DNA of 63,997 nucleotides, the filler included, from Octopus bimaculoides (Eukaryota): assembly GCF_001194135.2 (NCBI RefSeq). It is 4 parts of 4 records of this genome, joined end to end, with 100 filler letters (N's around TTAATTAATTAA, not from the genome) between each part and the next. Parts side by side here need not be neighbours in the genome. Positions count along the whole stretch, not along the records: positions 1 to 31,129 come from NC_068988.1; 3 more parts are not named here. The stretch is one strand, 5' to 3'. The notes below the pieces were generated by a model. The model was given only the letters and a program-made list of their open reading frames with translations. It was not told the DNA's origin and made no database searches. A program made the translations under genes and the position numbers. This document shows, piece by piece, positions 11,601-24,507 of this stretch (position 1 is its first letter; every line of letters begins with the position of its first letter).

Positions 11601-12260
11601 AATAATAATAACCTAAACCTCTACAATGAGAATAGTAATATTAATGGTGACGTGGAAAATAGAAATAGCGATGTTAATACTTCTAATATACACAATATTG
11701 ACTGTAGCTCTGAGGTCTATACTAGCATACAAATTAATGATACGCCTGTTGATGCTAAAGCATCAACTGATGATACTACAGTTGAAGGAAGGATAGATAA
11801 TAACAGATATGAAAATAACGTAATCGATAGTAGTAGTAGGATTAATAATAATAGTGATATTATTAATAATAATAATAACAAAATGAATATCAATGATATT
11901 AATAGTAGCAATTCTCCTAATTGCAATTGTAGAGCTGGGTCCTACTGTCCGTTATTAGGCCGATGTCTTACCCTAAACGTAATTTATAAATCTACAATCA
12001 TAACTATACAATCATAACATCTTATATATAGGTTGTTCTGTTAATATGATAAAACGTCTTTATAATCATTTTTCCTCTTTTAGACTCAAACACAAAGTTA
12101 ATTGTACGTCATTATCTAGTAAGATTTGGAAACTGAAGGAAGGCGGGATCGAGTTTAGACTTAAATGGGAAATTATAAAGAAAGCGCAGCCTTATAGAAA
12201 TAGTAGATACGGGTGAGCGCTGTGCTCTATAGAAACAAATGAAATTCTTAAGCATAAGGA
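10480..12260 (+). mobile_element. Penelope-like retroelement, 5'-truncated and decayed: RT C-terminus and thumb, linker, GIY-YIG endonuclease
   Basis: GLYRDEAL (YRDD-like), NFLDTTLD, YRKP, SNHTP, FNVPYS, CNCRAGSYCPLLGRC, LSSKIWKLK, KWEIIKKAQPY across frames with stops and frameshifts. Confidence 0.9.
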
Positions 12261-12396
12261 CAAGAGCCACCTGATTAGCAATTGATTAGACCTAAGGGTA
12301 TTATGCGTACATAGTGTCACCCGTTAAATGCATTCTGAAGCAACTAAAGAACTATATTTAATGACTGACAAAGGAGGACGAAGGGAGGTAAATACC

Positions 12397-12454
12397 GAGC
12401 CGTATTGCAATTTCGAATTTTGCTGAAGAACAACGTAATTCTCATCTGCGGCTC
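12397..12454 (-). ncRNA. Type I hammerhead ribozyme motif with one core substitution (CAGAUGA)
   Basis: Minus strand: gagccg CAGATGA GAATT-loop-AATTC GAA ATTGCAAT A cggctc; 6-bp stem I, 5-bp stem II, palindromic stem III. Confidence 0.8.
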
Positions 12455-12579
12455 TTAACGCCAACAGTTAAACTCAACTCCCTTTGTCAATCTTATATAA
12501 AACATATAAGAAGCATATGGTTTAAACAGTGTTTCTTATAAGATTGACAAAGGGAGTTGAGTTTAACCCTAGGCATTAA

Positions 12580-12636
12580 GAGCCGCTAATGAGAATTAAG
12601 GTATACTGCATCACAATTAGAAATCGCGATACGACT
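12580..12636 (+). ncRNA. Degenerate type I hammerhead motif (CUAAUGA core)
   Basis: gagccg CTAATGA GAATT-loop-AATTA GAA ATCGCGAT A cgact. Confidence 0.65.
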
Positions 12637-13961
12637 ACGTACTCTAAGTATTTACCTCCCTCTGTAAGTCATTAAATATAGTTCTTTAATGGCTTTAGAG
12701 TTAATTTTAACTTATTTTAGCATAAGCGGTGCTAGTCAACACCCTCCGTCATTTTTGTGATCTCAATCAATTTCTGCCTTTAGGTTCTAATAGCTAATAA
12801 GCCACTCCTTTAATCTATAAATAGTTATTTATATTTTATGTATATATATATGTATATATATANNNNNNNNNNNNNNNNNNNNNNNNNNNNNNNNNNNNNN
12901 NNNNNNNNNNNNNNNNNNNNNNNNNNNNNNNNNNNNNNNNNNNNNNNNNNNNNNNNNNNNNNNNNNNNNNNNNNNNNNNNNATATATATATATATATATA
13001 TATATAAGGGGGGGTGTGCGCGCGTGCGTATATGTGCATGAGGTTTGAATATCATGTCGCAAATATTGTTATGACGACATTGGTGTAGGAATAGTAATAT
13101 CAAAGTAAATATTTGGATATGGTTATCTAGAATAACCTTTCACCGAATTAATATGTTCACACAGAACGTATTCCTTACTACGCCAATCGTAGATACGATA
13201 TTAAACTAATACGGTAATCCAATACGAACGATCAACGATGCCAACTGCCCATTGTCAACTGGCGACTGTCAAAAGCCTGCTGTCAACTGCCGAGAGTTCA
13301 CAAAATTTCTTTGTGCTATTGAAATACGTCAGTCCACGTTTTGTCATGTGAAGGTGGTCTTGATCTTTCCCCAACAGTGTGTATGTTTGTATGGATGGAT
13401 GGATGGATGGATGGATGGGTGGCTGCCTGGATGGATGGATGGATCATGTATATTATACAAAGGCTCCAGAACTTCTCCGTACCCGGCTTCCACCTTATTT
13501 CAGTAATTGGGATAAAACTAGTGCTAATCAGAACGTGATTGAAAATGTTTCCAAAAATTTTATTTTCATATCCATTCATCATTATTCCGCGAATCGTGGC
13601 TTAAGAAATTAAGATAAAATATTTGTTCTACAGACGCAATGAAATTTACACAGTTACTATTAAGTCAATAGTTACCACTTCGTTGTCCATTTACACCTCT
13701 CATATGTTGCACAAAAATGCACGTACATCATTTTCCAGAATCCTATCTCTCTTAACTCTCCCATCATAATTTCTTTTGTCATTACTCTCATAAAACTGTC
13801 TTTCTCTGTTTCCGCTTTGTCACTCTACGTCACTCACTTGCCATCTGACACTGTCACATTGTACTCATACCTTTCTCGCGCCCTCTTCCTTTCTTAATAT
13901 GTCACATTCTAGCTTTCTTTCTCAGATTTCCACTTGATATCATTCAACATTTTATTTGCAG

Positions 13962-14113
13962 ATGAAAATCACATTGGTAAAAGATAATGCTGTAATTCAC
14001 GTTTTAACATTCAATGGAACAAATAAATCTTACATATCTTGGTTCAATCCCAACTATCTCCTTTCAACACCGTGGTTTGGAAATGTATCAGCAACGTACA
14101 CGTTCGCAGATCG
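13962..14113 (+). CDS. Exon 4 (phase 0-2)
   Basis: tttatttgcag|ATG...MKITLVKDNAVIHVLTFNGTNKSYISWFNPNYLLSTPWFGNVSATYTFAD CG|gtatat; open, protein-like frame in phase with exon 3. Confidence 0.75.
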
Positions 14114-14464
14114 GTATATATTAACATTTTCTTATTTATTGCATTTATATGTTTTCATTGCTATTAATTACGATTTTTCGCCTAGGCAGACTGTTACATA
14201 TTTTGGCAGATGGGTAAAGTCAACTATGGTACATCGATCTCAGTAATTAACTACTATTATTTTATTGACAATGATATCAAGCTTGAACCTGGCGGGATTC
14301 AGAATCAAAACATTGAGGAACAAAAATAACTACAACATGGCTTATTGTTTGCAATCTTAAGGATTCTCGCTTTAATTCTTTTAAATGACGATGATGATGA
14401 TGATGATGATAATGATGTTAGTAATGATGATGATGATGATAATTATGATGATGATAGTGATGAT

Positions 14465-14675
14465 CATTTCTACTATGGACACAAAGCCTAAAATTTGGGG
14501 GAGGGGACTAATCGATTAGATATCCACCCCAGGATTTAAGTGGTACTTGATTCATCGACCAGGAAACGATGAAAGGCAAAGGCGATCTCCGTAGAATTTG
14601 AACTCAGAACATAGTGCCAGGAAAAATACCGCTAAGCTATTCGCCCGGCTTGCTGACGATTCTGCCAGCTCACTG
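14465..14675 (-). mobile_element. tRNA-derived SINE family C
   Basis: Reverse-complement homolog of 36941-37155 (agctggcagaatcg...gttctgagttcaaat). Confidence 0.7.
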
Positions 14676-14679
14676 CATC

Positions 14680-14733
<54 letters not shown>

Positions 14734-14756
14734 AAATGCCCTGATGCAGTACCAAA

Positions 14757-15290
14757 AATATGCCCTGATGCAGTACCAGGCAGTGGCTCTCATGGCTTCT
14801 GATCTTAATTGATTGGAAGTGTTATCATGTACATTGTTTTGTCTTGGTATAAAAGATGGGCTACAGCAAATATTTTGCTTAATACCACAGATTTGCTTGT
14901 CAGTTGTTTGACCTTAACCAGTTGAGCATGTCCCTTGGTGGCTGATGATATGTGCATCTCTGATCATGAGCAGAAGTAGTGGGGGAGCATCATAGCCATG
15001 TGTTGAGAGGAGTTCTTTGGGGTTTGAATAATTCACCTTTCGAAACATGGGTGTTTTGCTCAACATCCTTAAGCAAACCTTATTCAGGGACCNNNNNNNN
15101 NNATTCTAACTGTGCCCCACCTACGAGGTCATGTGCTGTTTATCTTGATATGAGATCACCATGTCACGCACATATGGTTGTGATGCATGTGCCTGGTGTA
15201 CCCTTATCAGATGGGTAGTCATGATGGGTATAATGGGCTTCGTATATTTTACCCCAGTGTCACTTTGATGGCATGCACTGCTCTCTCACT
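14757..15290. repeat. Dispersed repeat of unassigned class; second copy at 30608-30970
   Basis: ggcagtggctct.atggcttctgatcttaattgattggaagtgttatcatgtaca... shared by both loci. Confidence 0.75.
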
Positions 15291-15291
15291 C

Positions 15292-15336
<45 letters not shown>

Positions 15337-15399
15337 AATAGTGATGGTGTCACAATAAAACGCTGGAAAATTGCGCAACCAGATAATCGCAATAAAAAT

Positions 15400-17800
15400 A
15401 AAACATAATAGTGACAATGAAAAAACAAAATATTGTGAATAACGGTGATAATGAAACTGAAGCCCTTGATGGTGACAGTGTTGCACCCGGCAGGCTCAGA
15501 AATTCTGGTCCTCTCCAGCCTGTCGATATCCAGAAAGGGGCCACCACACACGGCGTAGACGGAACAAACAAATTAATGCTGTGGTCATGGAGTATTACTA
15601 CCTGAGCAACCCGGTAGATGAAAATGGTGCTCAAATTAGGGGTTACCGAAAACGCATGTATGATCATTGGAGGGAAAAAGGAACAGAGCTTATGCGATCT
15701 AGCTAGAGCAATAAGAAAAAATCGCTGGTTCACAGAAGTAGAGCTCGAAGCTATCAAAAGACGGGTCGTGGAAAATAGCAGCAGAGATAACAATGAAAAT
15801 ACAGTAAAAGTAATCTTATAGCACAGGAAGGGAGCAGTGGTAGTTTACTTTATGAGAGACATATAGATGATCTAAAAGAAGACAATAAAACTAATGGTGA
15901 CGTGATACATGAACAAAAGACAATCAACGACAGAATAAAGGCAAGACTACAATAGAACGATAGCGACATTATTTGCAGCCTTAAAAAGGTTGACCAGAGG
16001 AAGCTGAACCAAGAAACGAAAAATATCAATGATATACCATGATCAAGGCAGCAAATATTGTTGTAGCAGAAAATGTAGGTGATGATGTCAAGAAAAAAAA
16101 TACAATGGTAGTGACAAAAGAAAAAAAACCCATGGTGGAAAAGAAGAATACAGGCGGGGTTAGATATGCTTTCGGAGGAAATTTCTGTGTTAGACCGAAA
16201 AGAGAAAGGGGAGCTTAAAAAAGAACAAAAATACAGGGCACTGAAAAGGAAGTGTAATATTGAAAGAAAGGGCCTGAAAGAGGTAATGGAGGAACTTATG
16301 CAGCGCCTCCTTGCAAAGAAAGCAAAGATGGTAATATACGACCAAAGAATGAAGGGTTACCAGCAGAATAGGTTATTCAAAGAAGAGCAGAAGAGATCCT
16401 TTGTAGAAATAAAAGGAGAGTATACAAATGAAATGTTGATACCAGATGACAATGAAAGTCAAAGGTTTTGGAGTGACATCTGGAGCAAAGACAAGGAGCA
16501 CAAGAAGGATGCTGAGTGGTTGCAAGAACTGAAACAAACAGTAGGCTGTGCAAAACAGGCAGAACTAGTCATTTCAGTTAGGGAAGTGAATGAAATCAGC
16601 AAAAAGATGAACAACTGTAAGGCCTCGGGACCAGATGGAGTTCAAGGCTACTGGATCAAAAGATTTGGTGAATGTCATGCACGAATAGCTGCGCAACTGA
16701 ACACCTTGTTAAATGCCGACTAAGTAACACCAAGGTGGTTGACAATGGGTAGGACAGTGCTTTGCTTGAAAAACATCGAAAAAGGCAATACGGTAGACAA
16801 TTACAGGCCGATATCCTGTTTGACACTTATGTGGAAGTTATGAACAGGAATACACGCAGAGACAATGAAAGAACATCTGGAAAAAAGTGGAATCTTGCCA
16901 CATGAGCAGAAGGGGTGCAAGCGTAAGTGCAGAGGTACCAAGGATCAACTGATAGACAAAACTGTACATAGAGATTGCAAGAGGAAGAAAAGTCACTTAG
17001 CCGTGTCGTGGATCGACTATCATAAGGCGTGCGATATGATCCCACACTCTTGGATAATGGAATATATGAACCTATTTGGTATTGCATCGAATGTTAAGTG
17101 GTTGTTTGAAAAAAGTAAGGTGAACTGGAGGACAGCATACGGAAGAAGTTTAGGGACAGTAGAAATCAGGAGGGGCATCTTCCGAGTGGACTGCCTGTCC
17201 CCACTGATCTTTGTACTGATGCCACTAATGCTGATTCTGAGGAAAGCAAAAGCTGGGTATGTATTCAAAAGCTGCCAACAAAAAGTCAACCATTTGTTAT
17301 TCATGGATGAACTCAAACTTTATGGTAAAGATGAATCCCAAGTCAGTTCCCTTGTTGATACGGTGTCTACTTTCAGTGCTGATATCAGAATGGAGTTCGG
17401 ACTGAGAAAGTGTGGTCTGTTATTCTTGAAGAGAGGCAAAATCAAATGTATGGACGGGCTATCGACACCGTTGGTAGCGGTTATGAAGCAGATAGAAGAG
17501 ACTGGCTATAAGTACTTGGGGATTTTGGAAATGGATTTACTGATGGAGAAAGAAATGACAGAAAAATTTAAGGTGGAGTACTTGCGCAGACTGAAAATGA
17601 TCCTTAAGTCGAAATTAAACGGACGCAATAAGATCGAAGCTATCGGCATCTGGGCGGTTTCATTATTTAGATATGGAACAGAGGTAATCGCATGGACAGT
17701 AGACGTGCTAAACAACTTAGACAGAAATACAATACAATGCTGAAACGGACTGGATAGAAAGTGAGAAAATATGACTGCATGAAGTTGATGAGCAGAAATG
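15400..17800 (+). mobile_element. R4/Dong-like non-LTR retrotransposon, decayed RT ORF
   Basis: ORFs 16166-16723 and 16865-17743: [88 protein letters not shown]. Confidence 0.9.
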
Positions 17801-17819
17801 GGAGGCAATAGAAATATAA

Positions 17820-18480
17820 GAGCTAAGATGTGTTCTTAGAAAGACTCAGAAATGGAAAATCCCAGGACTAGACCGGATTCCTAACTTCTAGGTGAATTTT
17901 GACAGAAGTACACGAAAATTCCGCTGCATCTATAAGTGATGACATCCAGAACTCACAGCAAATTCCATGCCTGGATTACTGAAGGAACAATATACCTTCT
18001 ACTATAATATGAAAACACAAAAAATCCAAATAACTATCGATCCATAACATGTTTCAACACCACCTAAAAGATTCTCACATCTATACTAACTGAAAGGATA
18101 TACGATTTCTTTGACCACAACTACCTTTCCACGAGCGCAAAATGGTTGTAAAAGGAATTGTTATGGTTGCAAAAATCAATCACTCATAAGTAAAGTTATC
18201 GTGGAGAATTGCCGGAGCAAAAAGAAAAATGTCATGGATAGACAACTAGAAGGCGTTTGATAGTGTGCCACATAATTGGCTGCTCAAGGCCCTGGAGATG
18301 TTTAAGATCACTCCTGTCGTCTCCAAATTCTCATAAGGTAACATGGCTAAGTGGAACATACGTCTCCTTGCAAACAATAGTAATGGATTGAGCCGATCTA
18401 ACAACATCAACATAAAACGAGGCATCTTCCAAGGTGACTCCTTCCTCCCATTACTCTATTGCATGCCACTGATCCCACTC
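17820..18480 (+). mobile_element. Second, more diverged R4/Dong-like RT fragment
   Basis: WKIPGLDRIPNF, NYRSITCF, KAFDSVPHNWL, RGIFQGDSF motifs with many stops. Confidence 0.75.
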
Positions 18481-18953
18481 TTAAAAGCAGAAATATAAGA
18501 TAAACATCAAGGTTGAGAAATAACTTTAACTTATAGGTCTGCTTGCTCTGAGCTGAGCTGGTGCTAAATAATAGGATCTGACTTCCCTAAATTACAGTCA
18601 ATTTTTATATTCTATGTAAAAAAATAACAAAAAGGAAAAGTTATTCCTCTCAATGTTAAAAAGATAAACAATGATTTCATTAAACAGAACTTAGTGTCGC
18701 AAAAACAAATGCAAAGTTCTGCAACTATGATGACGTTTATTAAATTCCTCATATCTCATATCTTAGTCACACCTCAAAATCTTACCGGATCACACCTCCA
18801 GGAAAACCCGACCTGCTGTATGTATTGAAGGTAAATAGCTCGAATTACGAAATCCACTACCGAATGAACGTCGATGGTAAGAAATATATTTCATTGTTGG
18901 ATATGCAAGTCTGTGTATATATTTGCATGCATATATAAACCCGCGTGTGTGTG

Positions 18954-19005
<52 letters not shown>

Positions 19006-19149
19006 TACGTGAGTCCTTGTGTACGTATTTATGCACCTATGTTATATATATTTCACATTTTTATTTATTAGTATTCTTCCTAAAAGAGGCAACTGGTTTT
19101 AAACATAGAATGGCGCTATTGCTGGAATTTGGATGATAATCATATTTAT

Positions 19150-20000
19150 TATAAATAATTCTTTAAGGAAAATCCCATTTCCAAATTGTCCCAGCGACAT
19201 TTACTGACATAACCAAGTGCACCAATGCTTATTGATATAAATGTGAGTCTATAATCAAGGTAGAATGACAACCGGTTCCGCAGCTGTACATAGATATTCT
19301 CTTTCTCGCTGATTTTGAAAGAGATATTTCCATCTTCAGGGCAGCCGACTAACGTCATTGTACACGACTTTTCTTTCATTTCTCAAACAACTACGTCAGG
19401 TTTGTTGTTTTGGCGCTAGGTAGCAGCTTCAAAAGAAATGCTCAACTAATATTCACAAGCGAACCGCAAGTCAATACCTATTTGATATTAATCTGGTCGT
19501 TGATGTATATATTATTGCGAATTATTCGACAGTTGCTGTTTGAGTGATGCCATCCGGCATTTAAAGGCCGTCTGTACTGATCTTCACCAAATTTCTTCAT
19601 CCTTTTCTTGCAATAATTTGATAATAATACTGAGTATATTTTTGCGGAAGCATGCAGCTAATCTCAGGAACTTTAATATCCGTGGAGCGGATTTTCTCGT
19701 TAGACCAGCCCAGTATTCCAAATATTGATATCAGTGAAGGTAGTGTAAATATATTATGGGATGCTATCTCAATGTAAAAGCAAACCCCATAAATTGTATG
19801 TTGTTTAAGGTCTAGCCTAATATTATTTGGTAACACTCTTCTTACTTTCTTTAATTTTGTGTGATATATTTTCATTAATACCTACGTCGGTATTTGCAGC
19901 ACACGTTTTGTTCAACACGAAAGCACAGAGAGAGGCCGATGATACAAAAATTGGAGGAACGGCTTCACCACGTCCACTTGTTAAATATAAATATTTATTT
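19150..20000 (-). mobile_element. Decayed R4/Dong-like fragment (RT end to restriction-like endonuclease region)
   Basis: Minus frames: KYLYL...GINEN, FGILGWSNEKI, ISISIGALGYV. Confidence 0.55.
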
Positions 20001-20366
20001 TGATTAATTTCCATCCCTGTATAAGCGAGAAATTTTGGAATTAAATATAGTTACTTTTCAGTACATTATAGAATTAGGGCATAGATATTTCGATCGGAAA
20101 CAGAAGCCACATATCTGTTTATATGAATGTATATATGTACGTAAATTTACATATTATATATAATACCTGAGGTGCTTACAGTGTTATGTATATGAGTGAG
20201 GATTTAGGAAGTATTTCTGTTAGCGTGCTGCATGTTTGTTTTGTGTCGGTTTTCTTGTTTCTTGTTTCATAAGTGTATGTGATGTACATGGTTTGTGTAA
20301 TGTGAGTAGCGTTATTTTATTGGGCATTCAACTTATAGAATATGTCGCACTCTTTACTCTTTACTC

Positions 20367-20835
<469 letters not shown>

Positions 20836-21888
20836 ACTCATTATGTAGTTGTAAGTTATCAGAAGCTTATTGTATAAGCCGTTAATATGCGCCATAGTTG
20901 AGCCATTCCTAGCAAAGTAGTGTGTAATGTTGTGAGCCAACTATTGACATTATGCAAAGTTTCATATTATTAATCATACTTAATGCTCTAATTAATACTG
21001 ATATTCTTTCCACCCTCGTGTCCACATTTGAAATTTGAAAGTTTTTTTTTAAATATTTGAAATTTAATGTTTTGTAGTTTGATAGCTTCACTACTACGTT
21101 TTGTGCAATATCTGAGAATGGCTTGTGATATCTATCAGTGTGCCTTTCTTTCTTTCGCGGTTCTTTATTATTAAGTTCAGACGCTTCGTTTTCTGGTAGT
21201 TGTTAGTTTGGACAGCTATATTCCCGATTATTGTATTCAGTACATATGTGAATCACATCTAGTCTATTCACATCAAAGCTTTAGCATATTGCTCAGTGAA
21301 TGTTCGTCTTAATTCGTTCATACCTCTGTATACATTGGGCTTTGGTAAAGACTGGTCAACTGGGGATTATGTAGTCAACCGTTTCATTGTGCTAGTTGTG
21401 TATCCTGGATTTTGTGTCAGGATCGTTTCAAGATTAAATTTTTATAGTTATTCTATAGCGTGGGTCAGTCCATTCCTTTCTGAGTTTAAGCAGTAAAGGA
21501 AAGATTGACCTTAGCTGTATAGTGACAGACATGCAGAGCGAAAATAATGAAGCTAAAACTATTCTGTTTTTCGAAGACATGTTTGTTTAAATACATTTAT
21601 AATTGGAAAAGTTTCATAAAGTCGTTTCTGACTCCTCTTCAAATACGACATTTCGTCATTGCATAAGTATTTTTCAAGCATTTCCAATATGATCACAATC
21701 TAAATTTCAATTGACTTAATACAAAACTTTTTTTCCTTTCAGATAATATGGAAAAACTTGCAGATGCTTTGGATGTCTACATATTATTAAAATAGGTTTT
21801 ATATTATTACTGATAATATGTATAGTAATACATACATATATATGTACGTACATACATATAAACGTACATACATACATGCGTACATACA

Positions 21889-21962
<74 letters not shown>

Positions 21963-21964
21963 TT

Positions 21965-22129
21965 ATGACAAGCTTCTTTCAGTTTCCGTCTACCAAATCC
22001 ACTCACAAGGCTTTGGTCGGCCCAAGGCTATAGTAGAAGACACTTGCCCAAGGTGCCACGCAATGGGACTGAACCCAGAACCATGTGGTTGGTAAGCAAG
22101 CTACTTACCACACAGCCACTCCTGCGCCT
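21965..22129 (-). mobile_element. SINE family A, 5' half
   Basis: cttctttcagtttccgtctaccaaatcc...cagccactcctgcgcct. Confidence 0.9.
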
Positions 22130-23446
22130 ATTGTTTAAATTTTTTTGTAGTTGTCCATTGGAAAGCTAAGTACACGTTTCGACATATCTCACTCTTATAT
22201 ATAGCAGTTAATCAGAGTTTATGACAGTGATATTTTGTTATTTATCTGCATTTGCATCTCATTTAAATTTCAATATTATAATAGACGCATAAAATTTAAA
22301 TAAAGCTCCATTTCCATTGTTATTCACACGCTCTGTCTTTCCGTTTTCTGTTTAAACGCATTTTTTCGACTTTGTAACATTACTAGCTTCAATATCGCCT
22401 GTCTTTCTTACATGCTGGCTGTATTTCTTTTATTCTCATCCATTTCATGCTTGTAAAATTTTCAATATATGCGTGCGTGTTCACATACACATTACTTTTC
22501 GAAGTGTAATTTTCAAATAAAGGTTGAAGTATTACTTTGATATTTGTGAACTTGAGAGAACTCACTGATTTCTTAAAACCATTTTATCAAAACTCTCTCT
22601 AAAATTATGTTTGCAAATAACTGACTTGTTGACACTCAATTCAATATCTTTTCTAATCCATTGAAATGTATTCTTTTGCACAAATAAAGATCTTATTGAA
22701 CGATATTTGTTTTTAGAGTTAATATTGGCGTTTATATTATAAAACTTGTAATGGTGGCATCAGCGTTGAATTGGTGGAGTTCTGTATGTATTCAACATTT
22801 ATTGTGGATTAGTCATTTTCATAAACATTCTTGAAACATGAAATATAATTAAACAGGACCGTCTCAGTGGCAACGCATTTAACATGCATTCTTCTGAAGG
22901 CCAATCTGTGGCTAAACCACATATAAAGGAAATTCAATGTTGTCAATCAACGTTCTACTATATATTATAATAAGCGATTTCAATTAATTACTCGCTAATT
23001 GATTAAATCGTGATGTCAATTAATTCACGATTTTAGTTAATTAGGAACAACGGAAAAACACATCTGAATTCGGTAGCCAATATCTGTGAATGAACTTGTA
23101 CCATACTACAATATTTTAACCTTAAATTAATTAAACTATACACACATTCACACACTTTTGCGTGCACGCGTGCATACACGCGCGCACACACGCGCGCACA
23201 CACACAATCACACAAAACACAGAAACAGAAACACGCACACACACACACGCGCATGTGCGAACAAGCATATACACATACACAAACACTACTAGGACAATTA
23301 CAATAACACAAGCATGCTCAGACAGAGACACACACACACACTCTCACGTACACATACACTCACGCACACACACATAATATTCCCACCAACAAAAAACACA
23401 CAAACATACATACACACGCACCCACAGACGCACACATGCATATATA

Positions 23447-23610
23447 TAGGGAGAATTCACAAAAAACAACAGACGAAGACAGGTGGTATAGAAAACAAAT
23501 AGATGTATTAGTATCACAACCGGGAATTGAGAAAGTCTTTAACGTTTCGAGCCTATGCTCTTCCACAGAAAGGAACACAGAAAGAAACAAGGAGAGAAAC
23601 AAAGAGAGAA
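23447..23610 (-). mobile_element. Short (TA)n-flanked dispersed element carrying a hammerhead-like motif; homolog at 54120-54315 on the + strand
   Basis: acagacgaagacaggtggt...actaatacat-like segments shared in opposite orientation with 54120-54315. Confidence 0.75.
23536..23573 (-). ncRNA. Minimal hammerhead-like motif, non-canonical core CUGUGGA
   Basis: Minus strand: cttt CTGTGGA A GAGC-ATAG-GCTC GAA ACGT T aaag. Confidence 0.55.
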
Positions 23611-23616
23611 AATATA

Positions 23617-23659
<43 letters not shown>

Positions 23660-24476
23660 NNNNNNNNNNNNNNNNNNNNNNNNNNNNNNNNNNNNNNNNN
23701 NNNNNNNNNNNNNNNNNNNNNNNNNNNNNNNNNNNNNNNNNNNNNNNNNNNNNNNNNNNNNNNNNNNNNNNNNNNNNNNNNNNNNNNNNNNNNNNNNNNN
23801 NNNNNNNNNNNNNNNNNNNNNNNNNNNNNNNNNNNNNNNNNNNNNNNNNNNNNNNNNNNNNNNNNNNNNNNNNNNNNNNNNNNNNNNNNNNNNNNNNNNN
23901 NNNNNNNNNNNNNNNNNNNNNNNNNNNNNNNNNNNNNNNNNNNNNNNNNNNNNNNNNNNNNNNNNNNNNNNNNNNNNNNNNNNNNNNNNNNNNNNNNNNN
24001 NNNNNNNNNNNNNNNNNNNNNNNNNNNNNNNNNNNNNNNNNNNNNNNNNNNNNNNNNNNNNNNNNNNNNNNNNNNNNNNNNNNNNNNNNNNNNNNNNNNN
24101 NNNNNNNNNNNNNNNNNNNNNNNNNNNNNNNNNNNNNNNNNNNNNNNNNNNNNNNNNNNNNNNNNNNNNNNNNNNNNNNNNNNNNNNNNNNNNNNNNNNN
24201 NNNNNNNNNNNNNNNNNNNNNNNNNNNNNNNNNNNNNNNNNNNNNNNNNNNNNNNNNNNNNNNNNNNNNNNNNNNNNNNNNNNNNNNNNNNNNNNNNNNN
24301 NNNNNNNNNNNNNNNNNNNNNNNNNNNNNNNNNNNNNNNNNNNNNNNNNNNNNNNNNNNNNNNNNNNNNNNNNNNNNNNNNNNNNNNNNNNNNNNNNNNN
24401 NNNNNNNNNNNNNNNNNNNNNNNNNNNNNNNNNNNNNNNNNNNNNNNNNNNNNNTATATATATATATATATATATA

Positions 24477-24507
<31 letters not shown>

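Larger units (their letters stand above)
12345..12688. repeat. Inverted pLTR-like repeat directly downstream of the PLE ORF (arms 12345-12497 and 12537-12688)
   Basis: For example gttaaactcaactccctttgtcaatcttata versus tataagattgacaaagggagttgagtttaac. Confidence 0.9.
6333..14113 (+). pseudogene. Multi-exon gene for a secreted PAN/apple-like domain protein with a Trp-rich C-terminal domain; disrupted in exon 2 (probable pseudogene or null allele); 3' exon(s) not located
   Basis: Four GT-AG-bounded exons with compatible phases (1, 1, 0, then phase 2 out of exon 4); in-frame TAA at 8703-8705. Confidence 0.6.

Noticed and set aside
22717-22930. Candidate terminal exon of the PAN-like gene (ttttag| WRLYYKTCNGG...CMYS...KYN*TGPSQWQ)
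   Set aside because: It needs several frameshifts and stops to resemble the expected continuation. Similar weak matches can be forced at 46307 and 48683, so the reading is not distinguishable from chance without tblastn.
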